NCBI GenBank assembly: GCA_965226555.1
Contig: CBDDDG010000010.1
Coordinates: 160,001 to 224,000 of the forward strand
Direction: 5' to 3'
Origin: Salinispira sp.
GTDB taxonomy: Bacteria; Spirochaetota; Spirochaetia; DSM-27196; Salinispiraceae
Length of the DNA: 64,000 bases
Positions 50,207 through 59,932 of this stretch are shown piece by piece (the stretch's first letter is position 1; every line of letters starts with the position of its first letter). The translations under genes were made by a program, and so were the position numbers. The notes beneath the pieces were generated by a model. It saw only the letters and a list, made by a program, of their open reading frames with translations. It searched no databases and had not been told where the DNA came from.

Positions 50207-51414
50207 TTAATGCGATCCGTTCCGCAATGTCCGCATTTCCTCATCGCTCAGCCCGGTAACATCCTGAATGTCATGGGCTGAAAATCCTTTGGAAAACATA
50301 CTGCGGGCGTTTTTTCTCCGCTCTTCAATATGCCCCTCAGCGCGGCCTGCCTGTAGCCCCTTTTGAAGTCCTTCTTCACGACCTGTCTGAAGTCCTTCCT
50401 GCCGACCTGTCTGCAATCCTGTCTGAAGTCCTTCTTCGCGACCTGTTCGCAGTCCTTCCTGCCGACCCATTTCCGCAATGCGCGCTCTGAATGTTTCCGC
50501 ATTCATTCTGAACATTTTTGCTACCTCCTTACCTCTCGGTTCTTTTGTTCTTTCTGAAACTTTTGCATTGGAAAATTGTGCAAGCACAATTTCCAGTAGC
50601 AAAAGTTTCAAATTTGGAATGCTTTCTTTGTGCTTAGCATTCTCCAATTTTATAGAAAGTTTTGCCTCTGGCAAAACTTTGCTTCTAATTGATTCATTAA
50701 CGTGTCTAAATCTATAACAATTCCAAACATAGAATCTACCACGCCGACAAATTCCTTTATCAGCTCCAGCGATTCCTCATTCAGCATTTCTGCTATCGCG
50801 TTCTCCACCTTCCGAATGTCCCAATCCGTATTCAGCAGATTTTTCGAGTACAGATCAAGGTACATAACAGCCGCAAACATTCTTCCCCGCTGCTGCAGCT
50901 GCTCCGCAGAATAATCGCTCTCACTTATCAGAGCATAAGGAAAGGGGGCAAGATACTGCGGGAATTCCCGCTTCCGTTGCTCTCTGACGTTCCCGGGCAC
51001 CTTCCATTTTCGCGTACCATTATAGAACACAATGGGAAGAAATACCAACTCGCAGTCATCGGGAATTGCACCGGAGCGGTGAATGTTCCGATAGAGAAGG
51101 TTTGTGTACTCTGACATGCGGAGGGGCATGTCGTTGTCCACTCCAGACTGATGCTCAAGGAGCACATAGATAGCAACATCTCCCGTATGATCCCGACTTC
51201 TGATTTTGCAGACGATGTCGGCCATTCGTGTTTTCGCATGGTCAATGAAAAAGGTACCGTTTTCGATGGTGATGTCTTCACGGCGCAATTTTTTCGTCCA
51301 TGCGCCTCCGACAAAGCGTTGAAGAAATTGGAGCATTATTGCGGGTTGGAACAGCAGGGAGCGGTAGCCTTGGTCGTAGGGAACGGGGGCGGGTTTTTCT
51401 TTGAAATCGATCAT
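50207..51414 (-). pseudogene. Rpn subfamily B, long form disrupted by a 131-bp MITE; RpnS-like ORF 50515-50207 intact
   Basis: RMADIV..LLEHQS..MPLRM; insertion absent from the 18.1-kb paralog. Confidence 0.88.
50556..50686. mobile_element. MITE (B-D-A on the coding strand), 126-bp core plus 5-bp duplication
   Basis: Flanks TTTCT/CTTCT; empty site near 18385. Confidence 0.85.
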
Positions 51415-51576
51415 ATAATCCTCCTGAAGGTTTTTTTTGAACCTTTCTTTCTGAATAGGGGAGCTCCCATGGCGACATGGTCCCATGGTGAATTCTCTCC
51501 TCTATATCTGTGACGGGTAAACTGTCATTTTTGATTGTGTTTTTGGAAATAATTTGCAAAAAGTTTTGCTACTGAA

Positions 51577-51819
51577 TATAGCTTTTCGGTCGGGGTCTGA
51601 CAGGAAGGGGGCGCTGACAACGAGAGCGCAGAGAAGGTTCTTTTTTCCTGCAATGTAGCTGGGGGTTTCAATGCGGATTTTGTCCATGTCCAGCTTGGCA
51701 AGCGTTGTATCCTCACAGAACAGCCGCAGCAGGTCGAGAATCATCCGGGGGGTTCTGTAGTAGGCGATCTTGAAGGCTATGTCGTGGATGTGGCCTGTGC
51801 TGTGGGATGATTTTTTCAT
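51577..51819 (-). pseudogene. 5' fragment of an Rpn subfamily A gene, truncated at a MITE end
   Basis: MKKSSHSTGH..DPDRKA, then AAAGTTTTGCTACTGAA near 51560-51576. Confidence 0.8.
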
Positions 51820-52206
51820 AAATATTCCTCTTATATCTATGACGGGTAAAATGTCATTCTTGACTATGTATTTTGAAAGAATTTGAAAAGAAATTGAAAG
51901 AATGTTGTGAATTTTTTTCGGGGATGGGGGAAGGAGGGATGAGTGGGCAAGAATGGGATGAGCGTATGGTTGAATTCGCCCTGTATTATAGGGTGTATTG
52001 ACGCGCGCTCCCCGGGACAATGCTCCGCGCGAGGTCTTTGTTGAAGTATGAATATATGAAATTCCGGAATATCTGAGCATTCCCGAAAACATATTTCCAG
52101 CGTGTACCATACCGATATATTTTTTGCTCATACCATATAGACGGGTAAAATATAAACGGTGAAAATGAGAAAGTTTTTGAAAAAGTTTTATTATTTTGGG
52201 ATATTA

Positions 52207-52260
52207 CAAAGTTTTGCTACTGAAAATTGTGCTTGCACAATTTTCCAATGCAAAAGTTTC
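52207..52260. mobile_element. MITE module A
   Basis: Flanks TATTA/TATTG; same leader position as the 21898 copy. Confidence 0.8.
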
Positions 52261-52307
52261 TATTGACCTGATCCAGACGCATGAGCGAGCAGGCCGAGCA
52301 GCGCCAA

Positions 52308-53390
52308 TTACTGCGATCCGTTCCGCACTGTCCGCATTTCCTCATCGCTCAGCCCCGTAATTCTCTGAACAGCCTTGGTCGACAACCCTTCCAAAAACAT
52401 ACTGCGGGCGTTTTTTCTCCGCTCCTCAATATGCCCCTCAGCACGACCTGTTCGCAGTCCTTTCAGAATGCCCTCAGCCCGGCCCTTTGTGATACCCTGC
52501 TCAAGACCCTCAATCCGGCCCTTCGCAATGCCTTTCTGACATACGTTGGTAATATTATATTCCCATACTGTTTTCTCCTACTGAAACTTTTGCATTGGAA
52601 AATTGTGCAGAGCCTTCCCTCACGAAGGCGTTGGTTATGTTATATGTCCGCATACTGTTTTCTCCTTCAGGATATAGTTCCCTGTCAATTTTCTCAAACT
52701 GTTCATACAGTCCCAAGTCCTTCAGGTAACCTAGCACACTCTCTGCCAGATCAGTAAAGTCTTGTGAAGACAAACCGTTCAGGAGCTGCGCAATCTCTTT
52801 CAGCCCCTCAGCATCCATTTCATTGTCTCGCATTATATACCACAACGCAGTCGATGTATATCGTTTTCCATCGAAACGCCATGCCAACTGCCTCTTGTCC
52901 ATTCGCCTCAGATCGCGCACAATGTACGATACTCTCGCCCTGACATCTACCGTGCCTTCGGTAAGGGATTCGGAAGCAGCATTTCCATGCGAACTATAAA
53001 ATGTGAGTGGGAGGTTCCATTCCTTTTTTCCATGGTAGAGCAGCAGTATATAGATAGCATCATTTTCATTGTACACATTGCTGTTTCTGAGGGCATGCTG
53101 ATAATTATCGATCTGTGCGAGAGCCTGTTTGTGCTGGTAGCTTTTATGTTCAATAATAAAAAGAGCTTTCCGCTCGGGGTCAGACAGGAAGGGGGCGCTG
53201 ACAACGAGATCGCAGTGAAGGTGCAATGTAGCTGGGGATATCAATGCGGATTTTATCCATGTCCAGCTTGGACAGCGTTGTATCCTCTCAGAACAGCCGC
53301 CAGGTCGGGAATCATCCGGGGGGTTCTGTAGTAGGCGATCTTGAAGGTTATGTCGTGGATGTGGTCTGTGCACTGGGATGATTTTGTCAT
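52308..53390 (-). pseudogene. Decayed Rpn subfamily A gene with a hybrid tail
   Basis: 5' frameshifts; half-MITE at 52583-52613; duplicated internal start; B/C-type tail. Confidence 0.8.
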
Positions 53391-53563
53391 AAACATTCCT
53401 CCTATATCTATAACGGGTAAAAAGGGAAACTATGTTTTTGAAAAGAAGTGAAAGAATGTTGTGTTTTTTTCGGGGAGTCGGGAATGGGGGTGAGCGTATG
53501 GTATTCGCTCAGTATCATCTCAAGCTCTCGGAACAGTGCTCAGCGCGAGGTCTTTGTTGAAGT

Positions 53564-54520
53564 ATGAATATATATCCCGGAATATCTGAGCATTCCCGAA
53601 AACATATTTCCAGCGTGGATGGTTCGGTATGCCCAGGAGCATTCGATCAAGGCGGCTGCTCGGGAGTTCGAGGTGTCGCGCAACACGGTGCGGCGGTGGG
53701 TTCGGCGCTTTGAATCCGGCGAGGGGCTTGAAGACAAAAAGCGGGGCACGACCAATCATCCGATGAAGATGAAATTCGGGGATCACACCGGTGTCATCTC
53801 GAGAGTCTTGTCCAGACCAAGAATCGGAATCACAACAAAATCATTGGAACTCAGGTGCAAAAGCAGTTGCAGACGGAAGTTGGCGGGAAGTACAGCCTGC
53901 CGACGATTATCAAGACGCTAAAGCAGATAGGGGCGCAGAAAACAAAGAAGCCGAAGGCGCTACCCAAGAGAGATTTGCGGGACTCGCGGTAACCGACAGG
54001 ATGAAGTTTGGCGAGTGCATTCAGATTGATATCAAGTATCTGACGGACATTCCCGCTATGCGGTTTTCTCAGAAGTGTTTAGACGTTCCGAAGTACCAGA
54101 TAACTGCCCGGGATCGGGCGACAGGGGCTCTGTGGTACGCCTTTGCCAATGAGAAGAGCAGCCGGCGCGTATGGTAACAACCTTGTTCGCCGAGTACCTG
54201 CTGGAGCACCTGCGGAATCATGACGGAGACCTTGCCAAGGACATAACGGTTCAGACCGATAACGGGGCAGAGTTCACCGTTCGACATCTGAGCAAAACCC
54301 GAACATCGGGGTTTGAGCAGGCGCTCATACAGGCGGGTGTCGAGTATCGGCGTATTCCGCCCGGGCATTGCACATGGAACAGTTCTGTAACGAGTCCTCG
54401 CACCGGCTCATTGAGGATGAGTTCTACAGTCAGGTGATGAATCCAAAGCTCAATGAGTTTCTTAAGGAAGCCGAGGAGTATCAGATAGATTTCGATGTGG
54501 GAGGGCGAATTCAACCATAA
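53564..54520 (+). pseudogene. Decayed IS481-like transposase
   Basis: HTH AAAREFEVSRNTVRRWVRRF, IQIDIKYL and VQTDNGAEF split across frames. Confidence 0.8.
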
Positions 54521-54574
54521 GTGTAGCACATCTATTCCCTCGCCGATTCAAAATTCGTACAAAATTCACTTCCA

Positions 54575-54628
54575 GAAACCTTTGCATTGGAAAATTGTGC
54601 TCTGCAAAATTTCCAGTAGCACAATTTA
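54575..54628. mobile_element. MITE module A starting with the exact IS5 TIR sequence
   Basis: GAAACCTTTGCA equals the reverse complement of 23299-23310. Confidence 0.75.
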
Positions 54629-54865
54629 TATGCGATTTCTCTGGAAATTCTCTATAGACTTCATGAGGGATTGAATGTCTTTGCTCTGCTCCTGTATAAC
54701 TTTTTTCAATTCCTGAATGTCGATTTGCAGGGATGTGACATCGTGCTTCATTACCGGTTCTTCGTCGCACTGGGCAATGACATTTACCAGCGCTTCCGAT
54801 TGTTGGGAAGAAAAGCCGTTTTCAAGCAGTTTTTTTGATGCTTTTAAGGTATCAATCATAATCAT
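54626..54865 (-). CDS. DUF1640/CCDC90-like coiled-coil protein, probably truncated
   Basis: IDTL..KKL.ENGFSSQQSEAL; stop codon abuts the MITE. Confidence 0.55.
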   Translation of the reverse strand: MIMIDTLKASKKLLENGFSSQQSEALVNVIAQCDEEPVMKHDVTSLQIDIQELKKVIQEQSKDIQSLMKSIENFQRNRI

Positions 54866-54951
54866 AATTTATGTATACAAAATTCGGGAATGATTATCAA
54901 TAGGAATCGTGTCATTTGTGAACTGCGCTGAAATACGGTATATTTCAGGCA

Positions 54952-56835
54952 ATGAATAGCCCGAAACTCAACCGCCGCATGTACTATGTTATCATCTTTC
55001 TTGGTATTTTTGCCGCCGGCATTATCCTGCATTTCGGAAACATCATGCTCAGCGCCGATCCGCCGCAGCCGGCAACCATAACGGCAGAGGTTGAGCGCGG
55101 CCCCATACTCGACAGAAACGGACGCCTGCTTGCCATACAGTCCGAACTCCCGACCGTTACCGTCTGGAATCCCGATGTGGAGGACAGAGAAAAACTTGCC
55201 GGAACACTTGCCCAAATACTGGACATTCCTGTTGAGGAAATTCTCCCGCGGCTCAGCATCCCCGACAGGGATATCATAATAAAACGTACCATAAGCCCCG
55301 AAGAGGCAGGAATAATTGAACTGCTCAAACAACAGGGGGAACTGCGGGGGGTAACTCTGCGCCGCGGTTTCGGGAGAATTTATCCTGAAAGCACGACCGC
55401 TTCCCACGTAATTGGTTTTACCGGTGTCGATAACATTGGACTTGAAGGCATTGAATTTACAATGGAAAACATTCTGAACCCGCCGCCTGAGCCCGATGCC
55501 GATAGCGGGGGGCGCAGGCGAAATTACGGGAATCAGGTATTTTTGACCATTGATATTGTTCTGCAGCACGCCGTGGAGGATATTGCGGAAAAACTCATGG
55601 AAGAACACAATCCGGATTCGGTCATGGTGCTTATATCGGAGGCAAAAACCGGTGAAATTCTGACCTTTGCGGTTAAGCCCGATTTTGATCCTAACAATTT
55701 TGCCGATTATGACGATAACAGCCGCCGCAACCGGCCTGTTCAAATGACCTATGAGCCCGGCTCGGTCTTTAAGGCCTTCTCCCTTGCGGCGATCATGCAG
55801 CTTGGGGGTATTAGCGACAGTTCGCGTTTTAACACATCGGGCGGCTATACGAATCCGCAGATCGGTATACCCATAAATGAGCTGGGGGGCGCCAATTACG
55901 GAATTATCGGGGCTCGGGGAACTATCAGGTTCAGTTCAAACGTTGGGGCAGCATTCGCATCGGATACGGTGAATGAACGGGATTTCTACCAGATGCTCCG
56001 CCAGTTCGGCTTCGGCCAGATCACCGGCATCACCCTGAACGGAGAGGAGCGGGGGCTCCTTGCCCCCCTGACCCGCTGGTCGCGGCGCAGCAAGCCGACC
56101 ATCGCAATTGGTCAGGAAATTGGGGTAACTGCCATTCAGATAATGCAGGCAGCGAGCGCCCTCACAAACGGGGGAATCATGCTCAAACCACGGATCATCA
56201 AGCGTATTGTCCGGTCTTCCGGTGAACTCATTGAAGAATACGGAGCGGAGGAGGTCCGCAGGGTGCTCCGCACCGATGTTGCCGCTCAGATGCTGGACTA
56301 CATGCGGAGCGCGAGTATTGACGGCGGCACCGGCCGCAGGGTGTTTATTGACGGAACAGATATTTCAGTAAAAACCGGTACAGGGGAAGTATTCGACCCT
56401 GAACTGAGAGCCTACTCCAGAGAACTTTTTATTGCATCCACCCTGGCCATACTCCCGACTGACGATCCTGAAATAATTATATACCTCGTTATTCAACATC
56501 CCCGCGGAGCGAGTAATCTCGGCGGGGTAATTGCCACTCCGGCTGTCAGGGAAATTGCATCCTTTCTCATTCCCTATCTGCAAATTGGCACTCAGGCTGA
56601 TATTTTCGGTCTCCCGAAGACACTTGAAATTGATGAGCCGATGGTACCCGAAATTACATCGGCAGTTCCCGACTTCAGCGGCCTGCCCCTCTCCACCCTC
56701 ATTTCCCTCTACGCCCGCGAAGACATTGCCGTGCAAATTTACGGAAGCGGCTGGGTTCGCAGGCAGACCCCTCCCCCCGGAAGCCCCTACCGCGAAGGTA
56801 TGCTCATAGAACTCTTCCTTGAGAGCGGGCCATGA
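54952..56835 (+). CDS. Class B penicillin-binding protein (FtsI-like) with PASTA-like tail
   Basis: RGPILDRNG, YEPGSVFK (SxxK), SSN, KTGT, VPDFSG. Confidence 0.92.
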   Translation: MNSPKLNRRMYYVIIFLGIFAAGIILHFGNIMLSADPPQPATITAEVERGPILDRNGRLLAIQSELPTVTVWNPDVEDREKLAGTLAQILDIPVEEILPRLSIPDRDIIIKRTISPEEAGIIELLKQQGELRGVTLRRGFGRIYPESTTASHVIGFTGVDNIGLEGIEFTMENILNPPPEPDADSGGRRRNYGNQVFLTIDIVLQHAVEDIAEKLMEEHNPDSVMVLISEAKTGEILTFAVKPDFDPNNFADYDDNSRRNRPVQMTYEPGSVFKAFSLAAIMQLGGISDSSRFNTSGGYTNPQIGIPINELGGANYGIIGARGTIRFSSNVGAAFASDTVNERDFYQMLRQFGFGQITGITLNGEERGLLAPLTRWSRRSKPTIAIGQEIGVTAIQIMQAASALTNGGIMLKPRIIKRIVRSSGELIEEYGAEEVRRVLRTDVAAQMLDYMRSASIDGGTGRRVFIDGTDISVKTGTGEVFDPELRAYSRELFIASTLAILPTDDPEIIIYLVIQHPRGASNLGGVIATPAVREIASFLIPYLQIGTQADIFGLPKTLEIDEPMVPEITSAVPDFSGLPLSTLISLYAREDIAVQIYGSGWVRRQTPPPGSPYREGMLIELFLESGP

Positions 56836-58751
56836 ACACCGGAAAGCAGCCGGATGCGCGGGAGCAGCCGGAGACAAGCGAGCAGCCGGAGACAGGCGAG
56901 CAGCCGGAGGCGCGGATATTCAGAACGGAACGTGGTATTCCGGCAGCAGAGATCGGGGGCATGACCATCCACAGCCTCCGCAATCCCCGGAGGGAGGCTG
57001 AAAAGCTCATGAACGGCATGGTCGACCCTGCGGCGCCCGGGCTGCTGGTATTCGGTATGGGACTTGTCTATCATCTGGATGCTCTGAAGCGCCTGTTCCC
57101 GCAGAAGGAATGCGTTTGCTTTGAACCCAATTCCAACTGGCCTGCGCGCCTTGCGGAATGTGGTCTGATGGAGCCTGCGCGGCAGATCATCACCCCCGAG
57201 ACGCCGGACTGGCAGGAGCTGCTCAAAGATTTTTTTCAGAACTCCTATCAGCTTGTTGCGCTTAGCTCCTATCGCCGAGCCTACCCCCAGCTCTTCGATG
57301 AGGTTCAGACACTTCAGAAAGCCTACGGTTCACGGAAGAATATGAACCGTAATACGCTCAAGCGCTTCGGCTCCCGCTGGGTGGAAAATCTTCTCAGCAA
57401 CTTCATCTTCTTGGAGGAACAGCGGAGTATAAATGAAATGCGGGGAATGTTTTCCGGATTTCCCGCGCTACTGCTCGCCGGGGGGCCGACCCTCGAAGCG
57501 GTTCTGCCGCTTCTGCCGGAGCTTCGTGTGCGGATGATTATTCTGGCAGTAGACACGGCGCTGCCGCGCTGCCGTGAAAGCGGGGTTGAGCCGGATTTTC
57601 TCATGGTCGTCGATCCGCAGTACTGGAATACGAAACATTTTGAGCGCATTTTTCAGGAATTACCCCCGCCGCCCAGCCGAAGCATCCTCATATCGGAATC
57701 ATCGGCACATCCGAGAACCTTCCGCCTGAACAACACAGTGCCGTATTTCTGCGGTTCACCCTTTCCCTTGGGCGCCCTCTTTGAACAGGCACTGCCGCCG
57801 CGCGACAGGCTTGGTTCTGGAGGATCGGTGAGCACTACTGCCTGGGATTTTCTGAAATACATCGGCGCATCCACTATCTACATCGCAGGAATGGACATGG
57901 GCTTCCCCGGACAGAGAACACATTTTCACGGTTCTTATTTCGAAGAGATGATAGCCATGTCCGGCACCGCCCTCTGCCCCGCCGAAACTGCTGCGGTCAA
58001 TTATCTGTACTCCGGCAATCCCGAATACCGGAAGGCATTCTCTGGTGAAACCCTCCTGAGCGACAGCCGCATGGATCTCTTCTGTCAATGGTTCGAAAAA
58101 CGCCTGAAGGACGAAAGCCTGAAGGACGAAAGGCTGAATAAGGAAATTGATAAAACAGACAGCGCAAGAACCTTCGCCCTTAGCAGCAAAAGCCGCAGGA
58201 TTCCCGGCATGCTGCAAACCACAGCGGAAAAACTGCTGTCCCTGCCCGATATCCGGATGAAAATCACCTCCCTCATGCGCAAGCTGAAAGACAGCCATCA
58301 AAAAAACGGGCAGCAGGAAATCTTCATCGCAACCTTCCGCGCACTGGAAAATTCCATGCGGGAAATGTCCGAGCACTGCCAAACCGCCCTGAATGTTCTC
58401 ACCGCTTACCGGGAAGATGCTCCCCACCCCGCCGGGCGGGACGAACATCCAGCCGCTGGCAAAGCAGACCATCAACACGTACTCGACCGCCTCAATGAAA
58501 TAGACAAACATCTCCTCTCCGACAAGAACCGGAACCTCGCCGGCTTCCTCATTCAGGACATTATGAACACACTCGCAGCCCTTCCCGCGCCTGAAAACCT
58601 CGATGAAGCTCTGGAGCGCAGCCGGAAACTCTACGCGGAGCTCAAAGAAAGCATGGAAACCCATCTGCGAATATTCAGAAAAATTGATGCACGGATCAAG
58701 AAATCGGGACGCCTGACCGACAATGTAAGCAGGAACAAAACATCCTACTAA
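56832..58751 (+). CDS. Maf/DUF115 (MptE-like) motility-associated factor family protein
   Basis: HSLRNPRREA, AGGPTL, PDF.MVVDPQ, GGSVST, GMDMGF. Confidence 0.8.
   Translation: MNTGKQPDAREQPETSEQPETGEQPEARIFRTERGIPAAEIGGMTIHSLRNPRREAEKLMNGMVDPAAPGLLVFGMGLVYHLDALKRLFPQKECVCFEPNSNWPARLAECGLMEPARQIITPETPDWQELLKDFFQNSYQLVALSSYRRAYPQLFDEVQTLQKAYGSRKNMNRNTLKRFGSRWVENLLSNFIFLEEQRSINEMRGMFSGFPALLLAGGPTLEAVLPLLPELRVRMIILAVDTALPRCRESGVEPDFLMVVDPQYWNTKHFERIFQELPPPPSRSILISESSAHPRTFRLNNTVPYFCGSPFPLGALFEQALPPRDRLGSGGSVSTTAWDFLKYIGASTIYIAGMDMGFPGQRTHFHGSYFEEMIAMSGTALCPAETAAVNYLYSGNPEYRKAFSGETLLSDSRMDLFCQWFEKRLKDESLKDERLNKEIDKTDSARTFALSSKSRRIPGMLQTTAEKLLSLPDIRMKITSLMRKLKDSHQKNGQQEIFIATFRALENSMREMSEHCQTALNVLTAYREDAPHPAGRDEHPAAGKADHQHVLDRLNEIDKHLLSDKNRNLAGFLIQDIMNTLAALPAPENLDEALERSRKLYAELKESMETHLRIFRKIDARIKKSGRLTDNVSRNKTSY
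56846..56914 (+). repeat. 18-bp tandem repeat (QPExxE)
   Basis: Four gcagccgga-anchored units. Confidence 0.85.
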
Positions 58752-58789
58752 ACGGTATGCGCGAGACATCCAGGCATACCGTTTTTTTT
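58750..58789 (+). terminator. Rho-independent terminator
   Basis: AAACGGTATGC / GCATACCGTTT stem plus T run. Confidence 0.75.
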
Positions 58790-58828
58790 ATGCGCGAGCG
58801 GGTTGCTCAGGATCAGCCGGATCCATTA

Positions 58829-58853
58829 GAAACTTTATCAATTCAAAACTTTG
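58829..58853. mobile_element. 25-bp micro-element (module b)
   Basis: GAAACTTTATCAATTCAAAACTTTG flanked by exact CATTA repeats; similar sequence inside the 225-bp element. Confidence 0.6.
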
Positions 58854-58871
58854 CATTAGTATTACAACACC

Positions 58872-59888
58872 ATGGCAAACACGGTAAAAGCCTCTGCCCC
58901 AATTCCAATGTTCACAGTATCTGCCGCGGCAGTGTCCATGATCGCGGAAATTTCCGCGCTGCTGGAACGTTTCGCCATGTATGTTGAGGGAGATGATGCC
59001 CTGCGCTTACGTCGGGTGAATAAGATCAAGACAATTCATTCATCATTGGCCATTGAGGGAAATACTCTGAGCGAGAATCAGGTGTCCGACATTCTCGAGG
59101 GCAAGCGGGTGGTGGCGCCAATTCGTCAGATTCAGGAAGTCAAAAATGCCATTGCCGCCTACGATATAGCGGCGGCATTGAATCCTTTTTCGAGCAAGGA
59201 TCTTCTGAAAGCCCATAAAATTCTCATGTCCGCGCTGGTGGACGAGCCCGGGAAATTCAGGCGCATAGGCGTCGGTGTTTTCGCCGGTAAAAAGCTCATT
59301 CATCGGGCTCCCCCCGCTCATCGCGTTCCAATGCTCATCGCCGATCTCTTTCAGTGGCTGAACACAGCCGAGGATCATTTACTCATACGCGCCTGTGTTT
59401 TTCACTATGAGTTTGAATTCATTCATCCTTTTGACGATGGCAATGGACGGATGGGACGGCTCTGGCAATCGCTCATTCTCGGTCGGCTCCATGATGCCTT
59501 CCTGTCTTTGCCCGTTGAAACGATGATTCACCACAATCAGCAAAATTATTACCATGCCATCAATGAAAGTACCTCCATGAAAGACTGCGGAACCTTCATC
59601 GACTTTATGCTGACCGAAATTACACAGACGCTGAGAATTCATCGGCAGAAAGTTGAATCTTCACTTGGCGGTGTAAATGGCGGTGTAAATGGCGGTGTAA
59701 GTGGCGGTGTAAGTGAGGTGCTGGCATATGTGGGAAGTCATCCTGGAGAGAGGGCAAAAACCATTGCAGGCGCATTGGATATACCGTTCCGGTCTGCGCA
59801 GCGTTATTTGGCGCATTTGAAGGATGCCGGAAAAATTGAGTTTCGCGGCGCTCCGCGAAATGGCGGATACTTTCTCAGATCTGCCTGA
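58872..59888 (+). CDS. Fic family protein with C-terminal HTH
   Basis: HPFDDGNGRMGR; inhibitory-type SLAIEGN motif; four 12-bp GGVN/S repeats at 59667-59714. Confidence 0.92.
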   Translation: MANTVKASAPIPMFTVSAAAVSMIAEISALLERFAMYVEGDDALRLRRVNKIKTIHSSLAIEGNTLSENQVSDILEGKRVVAPIRQIQEVKNAIAAYDIAAALNPFSSKDLLKAHKILMSALVDEPGKFRRIGVGVFAGKKLIHRAPPAHRVPMLIADLFQWLNTAEDHLLIRACVFHYEFEFIHPFDDGNGRMGRLWQSLILGRLHDAFLSLPVETMIHHNQQNYYHAINESTSMKDCGTFIDFMLTEITQTLRIHRQKVESSLGGVNGGVNGGVSGGVSEVLAYVGSHPGERAKTIAGALDIPFRSAQRYLAHLKDAGKIEFRGAPRNGGYFLRSA

Positions 59889-59932
59889 CAGATATGTTGT
59901 GCCTACATACGCGGTCGAATCGGAATCAGTTT

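Noticed and set aside
51502..52131. 209-aa ORF as a real gene
   Set aside because: Chance fusion of leader, antisense IS fragment and a truncated Rpn 5' end
54862..55743. Long antisense ORFs (also 57756-58769, 46827-47717, 34010-34783, 22562-23296)
   Set aside because: Shadows of well-supported genes on the opposite strand, with no recognisable motifs
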